45,606 bases of DNA, taken from the NCBI GenBank assembly GCA_048941265.1, contig JBHLNT010000015.1, forward strand, positions 1-45,606. The letters are read 5' to 3'. This stretch comes from Promethearchaeota archaeon. Its GTDB lineage: Archaea; Asgardarchaeota; Lokiarchaeia; Sigyniarchaeales; SOKP01. The position numbers and the translations under genes are program-made. Under the pieces are notes generated by a model. That model had not been told where the DNA came from. It saw only the letters and a list, made by a program, of their open reading frames with translations, and made no database searches. Within the stretch, counting starts at the first letter, position 1, and each line of letters opens with the position of its first letter. This document shows positions 41,179-45,606 of the stretch, piece by piece.

Positions 41179-42492
41179 TTAAAAATCATGTCCACATTGC
41201 GCACATTTCTTTGCATCAAAACTGATTGAATTACCACAAAGAGGACATATCTTTATTTTACTTTTTTTAGAATTTTGATTGTTAGAAGGATTCCAATAAT
41301 TAATTGACTGCAAATTTTTATAATTTTTCTCAGCTTGAGTTAATGTTTTCTTTGAAGTTCTTTCATATACTAATTTATCTCCAACTTTTTTCACTGTAAA
41401 AACTGCTCCAAAATAACCACCAATATATACTTCTTTTTTCTTAGCTTTTTTTGATTCTTCTTTTTGGGAATCTTTAGGTACGGGTGTGGAATCATCCAAC
41501 TTTATGATTTCTTGTCCTTTATGACTATCATCGAATTCATCTTTTTCGAGATAATCCCTAACAGAAATGACTTCAGATTCATCCATTACTTCAGATGAAA
41601 TCTCAACAATTTCATCTTCTTTGATTTTTAAAAGGATATCACATGACGGACATCGAAAAATGTGAGGAATACCAATATTATGGGTAATAACATAATTCAA
41701 TACACAGCAATTATGAAAAGCTGCTCCACATTCTTCGCACAGGTGAGGAACATCATATATATCTGTACAAACAGGGCATACTCTATCTTGACAAAAAGAA
41801 CATTTTAAATTTTCCCATGATTGAGGGGCTTTCAATGATTTTGCTAGGTTATTATAAAATAAATAATCATCTCTGCTTATTTTTAACTGATCTGGTTTGT
41901 CTGTGAATGTGGATACTAGTTGTTTGTTTTTTACAAGTTTTCCACTAATTTCTTGCAATTCTTTTTTATCTTGAATATAAAACATTCCTCCCTTAGTATC
42001 ACTTGCTAAAATGTTCAATTTGACATCATCTTTAAAAAACCTCTGACCAGTTTCAGCAACTCGAATAATGTCTATGAAAGTAGGAAAAATTTTAATCTTT
42101 GAAACCAATTCAAATAAAGCTTCTTGATAATCCTCGGCAAGATCGCTTGGAGTATCAGTTATTATAATGATTCTGTTGAATTTAGACTTCTTTCTAATGG
42201 TTTCTGCAATGTAGCTACAAATATAGAATAATCCGGATTCTAGCAAACTTTTCTTTAATCGATATTGCCAATTTTCTTCAATAGCCTTAATGATTATTTC
42301 TGAATCCTTTTTATCTTTCATAAAGATCGGATTTCCCTCATCCTGGAATATTAAAATGCCGTAATGTCCCTTAATATTGATTTTATTTTTCTCTTGAATA
42401 TAAAGCTTCAAAAATTTTATAATGTCTTTTTTTTTAAGCATGTTCTTTGTAAGATCTAAATAAAAGAATACATCCTCGTAAGTAGTTCCCAT
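41179..42492 (-). CDS. vWA domain + RING/PHD-like Cys cluster + zinc ribbon protein (paralog 2)
   Basis: Aligns by eye with 35955-37397 along its whole length (EDVFFYLDLT, ITDTPS, IDIIR, VCPVC, HIFRCPxC, GGYFG). Confidence 0.8.
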   Translation of the reverse strand: MGTTYEDVFFYLDLTKNMLKKKDIIKFLKLYIQEKNKINIKGHYGILIFQDEGNPIFMKDKKDSEIIIKAIEENWQYRLKKSLLESGLFYICSYIAETIRKKSKFNRIIIITDTPSDLAEDYQEALFELVSKIKIFPTFIDIIRVAETGQRFFKDDVKLNILASDTKGGMFYIQDKKELQEISGKLVKNKQLVSTFTDKPDQLKISRDDYLFYNNLAKSLKAPQSWENLKCSFCQDRVCPVCTDIYDVPHLCEECGAAFHNCCVLNYVITHNIGIPHIFRCPSCDILLKIKEDEIVEISSEVMDESEVISVRDYLEKDEFDDSHKGQEIIKLDDSTPVPKDSQKEESKKAKKKEVYIGGYFGAVFTVKKVGDKLVYERTSKKTLTQAEKNYKNLQSINYWNPSNNQNSKKSKIKICPLCGNSISFDAKKCAQCGHDF

Positions 42493-42616
42493 TCAATAGA
42501 TACCTCATTAAATATTTTTTATCTTACAAACATTAAAAAATAATTAATATATATAAAAATATTAATTAAAAAAGAACTTATAGTATTCTTGAAGAAATCA
42601 AATTAAGTGAAATTAT

Positions 42617-44596
42617 ATGGACGATTTTTTAAAAGCTCTTCAGCTTAGCGAGGATGCCATCAAAATCTATAAGGAGAGTTTAGGGAGGCCTCCTTTAACG
42701 TACTATGAATTATACGCCTTATTACCTAATTTATCAGCCGAGGATTTTTCGAGTATCATAAATGAATTAACTGAGACGGATTTACTAATTCAAATCGTTC
42801 CCCAAAAAAAAGGAGTTCTTCTGCATTATATAGCAATTCCACCATTTACACCAATTTTAAATTATTATTCAAATATTCATGCGAATTTAACTAACATACA
42901 AGATGCGGTTTCAGGCTTATTATCAAATTCTTTAAGTCAAATTTTTTCTAAAAACGATAATCTCGAATTAAAAGCCCTACTCACGAGTTTTAATGAGATT
43001 AAGAAAGATGTTTTGGAAGATTTCTTAATTCAAAAACAAGACTCTAAAGACATTTTTGAAGATTTTGAAAAAATCAAATCAAATCTAAAAAAAACTTTAT
43101 CAAACTTTAGACTTACGAGATCTAAACTCCAAGAAAAAGTTACAGAACTTACCCAAACTCAATTTTCAGGATTAATTCATAATCTGACAAGAATAAAGTC
43201 TGTTTTAATTGATAATATAAAATCATTGGAACTTAAGAAAAAAGAAGAAGGAGTATTAGTCGTTATTGAAAATTTGTTTAAAGATGAAATTCGAAAAGTA
43301 TTGGCAGAATTTATCTCAAATACTGAAGAATTAATTAAAAAAGAATTTCAAGATTTTGAGGAATCAATTAACATTAAAATAATTGATCCCGTTAATAATT
43401 TAGTTAATAATGCAATCCAATCTGGAAATGACCTTAATTTATTATTCTTAAATATCCTTAGCAAATTGGAAAAAACTTTAAATCAAATTCAAAAATCTAT
43501 TAAAGAAGATCAAGAAAATCTTGTAGAAAATTTGCATAAAGTAGAAAAATACATTTTAGAAAATGCTAATGAAATTGTAAAAGACTCCATGAATCAGGTT
43601 TCAGGCCTAAGTGAGCCTATAGAAAACATTATGAGACAATTTCTTGAAAAAAATCTTCTTTCATATAAAAGAGGAATAGATAATGTTTGGTTAATTAATT
43701 CTAAGGTTAAAATTAATGAGGAAATAGTGAATTTAATTTCTAACTCTAAAAACAATATTATTATTATCCTTCCCAAGATAGAAAATTATCTAAATTTAGA
43801 CCTATTTCAAAATATCCCCGAAAACTTAAAAGTAAAGATCGTTTCCTCTGATCCCCATACAAATAGCATAGTAAAGAGTTTTAAGACAATTAAAAATATA
43901 GAATATAGGGCTCTAAAAAATGAGAATATTATAGCAATGAGCGGAGATGATAGCCATATTAATATCAATGTTCTTAATACTGAGTCGAAAGATGTCTTAA
44001 ATGATATTGCAGGGATTGGGAGTAATTATAGACCATTAATTAGTGTTTTATCTCGAATAATAAATGCAGTTTGGGTGGCTGCTGAACCTGATTATGGGCA
44101 TGCTGTTAAGGAAATAAAGTCAATCCCTAGTCCATTTGAAAAACAATTGCCTCCCGAAAAAGTAATCTCAGTTACTCCAGTCAAACAACAAATAAAAACT
44201 GAAATTCAGCATGTTACAGCAAATGTCGAACCACAAACAGTTATTTCAAAAGAGGTGCCTGTTACCCCTGAAAAAATTGAGTCTACAATTCAAACTCAAA
44301 TAAGTAGTGGATTCATATCAAAAATTCACCCCAAAGCAGGTGATCAAGCAGGTATGATGATAAATACAGCATTCAATATGTTGCTTTCCAAATTGAACGT
44401 CATTACGGGTGAAGTCTTTAGTAAAGAATTGCAAGACGTCTCAGATATTATCTTAGAACGTAAAGGATTCTCAGTAACCCTCCATAGTGTAAGAAGTATG
44501 ATTAATAAACACAAAGAACGAGATACTCTTTTGGATGAGATGGAAAAAATGGAGATTTTCGACGCAATAGAGGAATGGAAACAAAGATTATTTTAA
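42617..44596 (+). CDS. TrmB-like protein: N-terminal wHTH, long coiled coil, PLD-like effector domain
   Basis: LQLSEDAIKIY...LT..EL wHTH, YIAIPP, heptad region, VWLINSKVKINEEIVNLISNSKNNIIIILP. Confidence 0.7.
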   Translation: MDDFLKALQLSEDAIKIYKESLGRPPLTYYELYALLPNLSAEDFSSIINELTETDLLIQIVPQKKGVLLHYIAIPPFTPILNYYSNIHANLTNIQDAVSGLLSNSLSQIFSKNDNLELKALLTSFNEIKKDVLEDFLIQKQDSKDIFEDFEKIKSNLKKTLSNFRLTRSKLQEKVTELTQTQFSGLIHNLTRIKSVLIDNIKSLELKKKEEGVLVVIENLFKDEIRKVLAEFISNTEELIKKEFQDFEESINIKIIDPVNNLVNNAIQSGNDLNLLFLNILSKLEKTLNQIQKSIKEDQENLVENLHKVEKYILENANEIVKDSMNQVSGLSEPIENIMRQFLEKNLLSYKRGIDNVWLINSKVKINEEIVNLISNSKNNIIIILPKIENYLNLDLFQNIPENLKVKIVSSDPHTNSIVKSFKTIKNIEYRALKNENIIAMSGDDSHININVLNTESKDVLNDIAGIGSNYRPLISVLSRIINAVWVAAEPDYGHAVKEIKSIPSPFEKQLPPEKVISVTPVKQQIKTEIQHVTANVEPQTVISKEVPVTPEKIESTIQTQISSGFISKIHPKAGDQAGMMINTAFNMLLSKLNVITGEVFSKELQDVSDIILERKGFSVTLHSVRSMINKHKERDTLLDEMEKMEIFDAIEEWKQRLF

Positions 44597-45363
44597 TTTG
44601 ACTCTTTTGTTTGTTCAAACTTATTAAAAAATCCCGAGATTATAAAGATCAGTAAAAGAAAGAAACCCCCCAGAGAAATAATACTCATAATCATTGAAAC
44701 TGTAAAATCGGGATTCATAGCTCCAATTATTGCGAATATGGTTCCAAGAGGAGCAAGTATAAGCACAATAATATACACTTTCTTGTCTTTTTCACCGAAT
44801 CTAATATGAGTTGTGATGTTAAACCACCCTATTAGTATCATTAAAAAAGGAATTAGGTATAGAGATACCTCTGGAAATGGATGTTCTATTCCGCCTAAAG
44901 CGAAGGCATAAAAGTAATTGGCGCAATAAAAAACTATTAATAATAAAGCAGAGAGGGGTGTTGGAACTCCTACATAGCCAGGAGTATCTTCAGTTGTGAT
45001 ATTAAATCGCGCCAATCTAAGTATCGCGCCTAATGCAAAACAAATACAACCAATGATAAGAATTATATCATAAAAACTTCCTGTTTTAAAAGCTTGAAAC
45101 GCCAATACAGAAGGGGCTATCCCAAACGTTAATGAATCACTTAGAGAGTCTAATTCAATCCCGAATTTATTAACAGTGCCTGTTTTACGAGCAACATAGC
45201 CATCCAGTAAATCAGTGCCAAGAGAAATTGCTACGAAAAAAAATCCCAAAGATAGAAAGGATCGGTTGCCAATAACAGCGCAGATTAGCGCGAGTAATCC
45301 CATAGTTGTTCCAGAAAGCGTTATATAATCTTTTAATTTTAAAAGTCTTGGTATGCTAGTCAT
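44593..45363 (-). CDS. pssA: CDP-alcohol phosphatidyltransferase (archaetidylserine synthase-like)
   Basis: DLLDGYVARK....KFGIELDSLSD, FGIAP, LRLARFN, GVPTP. Confidence 0.88.
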   Translation of the reverse strand: MTSIPRLLKLKDYITLSGTTMGLLALICAVIGNRSFLSLGFFFVAISLGTDLLDGYVARKTGTVNKFGIELDSLSDSLTFGIAPSVLAFQAFKTGSFYDIILIIGCICFALGAILRLARFNITTEDTPGYVGVPTPLSALLLIVFYCANYFYAFALGGIEHPFPEVSLYLIPFLMILIGWFNITTHIRFGEKDKKVYIIVLILAPLGTIFAIIGAMNPDFTVSMIMSIISLGGFFLLLIFIISGFFNKFEQTKESN

Positions 45364-45546
45364 TTTCTGATTGAAATTTTGATTTAATCTCTTTATTAAA
45401 TTATACTTTTTTTCTATTATAACATTTTCAAATATATTAAATGTAACTCTTTATAATTTTAGATTATTATAAAAAATTTTTATAAAAAAAGGCTGATATT
45501 AATAAATTATGGCTTTTTTCATTGATCCTTAATGCGTGATTTTTAA

Positions 45547-45606
45547 TTGAACTGTCCAGAATGTGGTAAGAAGATAAAATATAGAGATCAAAAATATTGT
45601 GAAAAA
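45547..45606 (+). CDS. 5' end of a zinc-ribbon protein, truncated by the window edge
   Basis: TTG start then NCPECGKKIKYRDQKYCEK. Confidence 0.6.
   Translation, partial: MNCPECGKKIKYRDQKYCEK

Overview
AT-rich archaeal chromosomal segment, most likely from an Asgard archaeon of the Lokiarchaeia (inferred from a profilin-like gene, Loki-type zinc-finger and 'LLKKLxxAGDP' families, archaeal Orc1/Cdc6 and XerA, and BRE/TATA promoters). It holds about 36 probable genes: housekeeping (trxB, xerA, cdc6, tldD/pmbA, abfD, purA, pfkB-family kinase, pssA), transporters, two repeat-rich surface proteins, two vWA + zinc-finger paralogs and an IFT52-like GIFT protein. No tRNA, rRNA or CRISPR array was recognised. 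The most unusual part is 7.9-14.4 kb, downstream of cdc6. It contains a 1489-aa secreted-protein gene bracketed by a 47-bp direct repeat, several gene remnants, and an unannotated ~120-nt GC-rich structured RNA candidate. That candidate has its own TATA promoter, a three-way junction and a 7-bp loop-loop pairing, and is bracketed by a perfect 22-bp direct repeat. A third cassette (20-bp direct repeat, at 37.45-37.57 kb) encloses a copy of part of the neighbouring gene. All calls come from reading the sequence by eye; no database searches were run.
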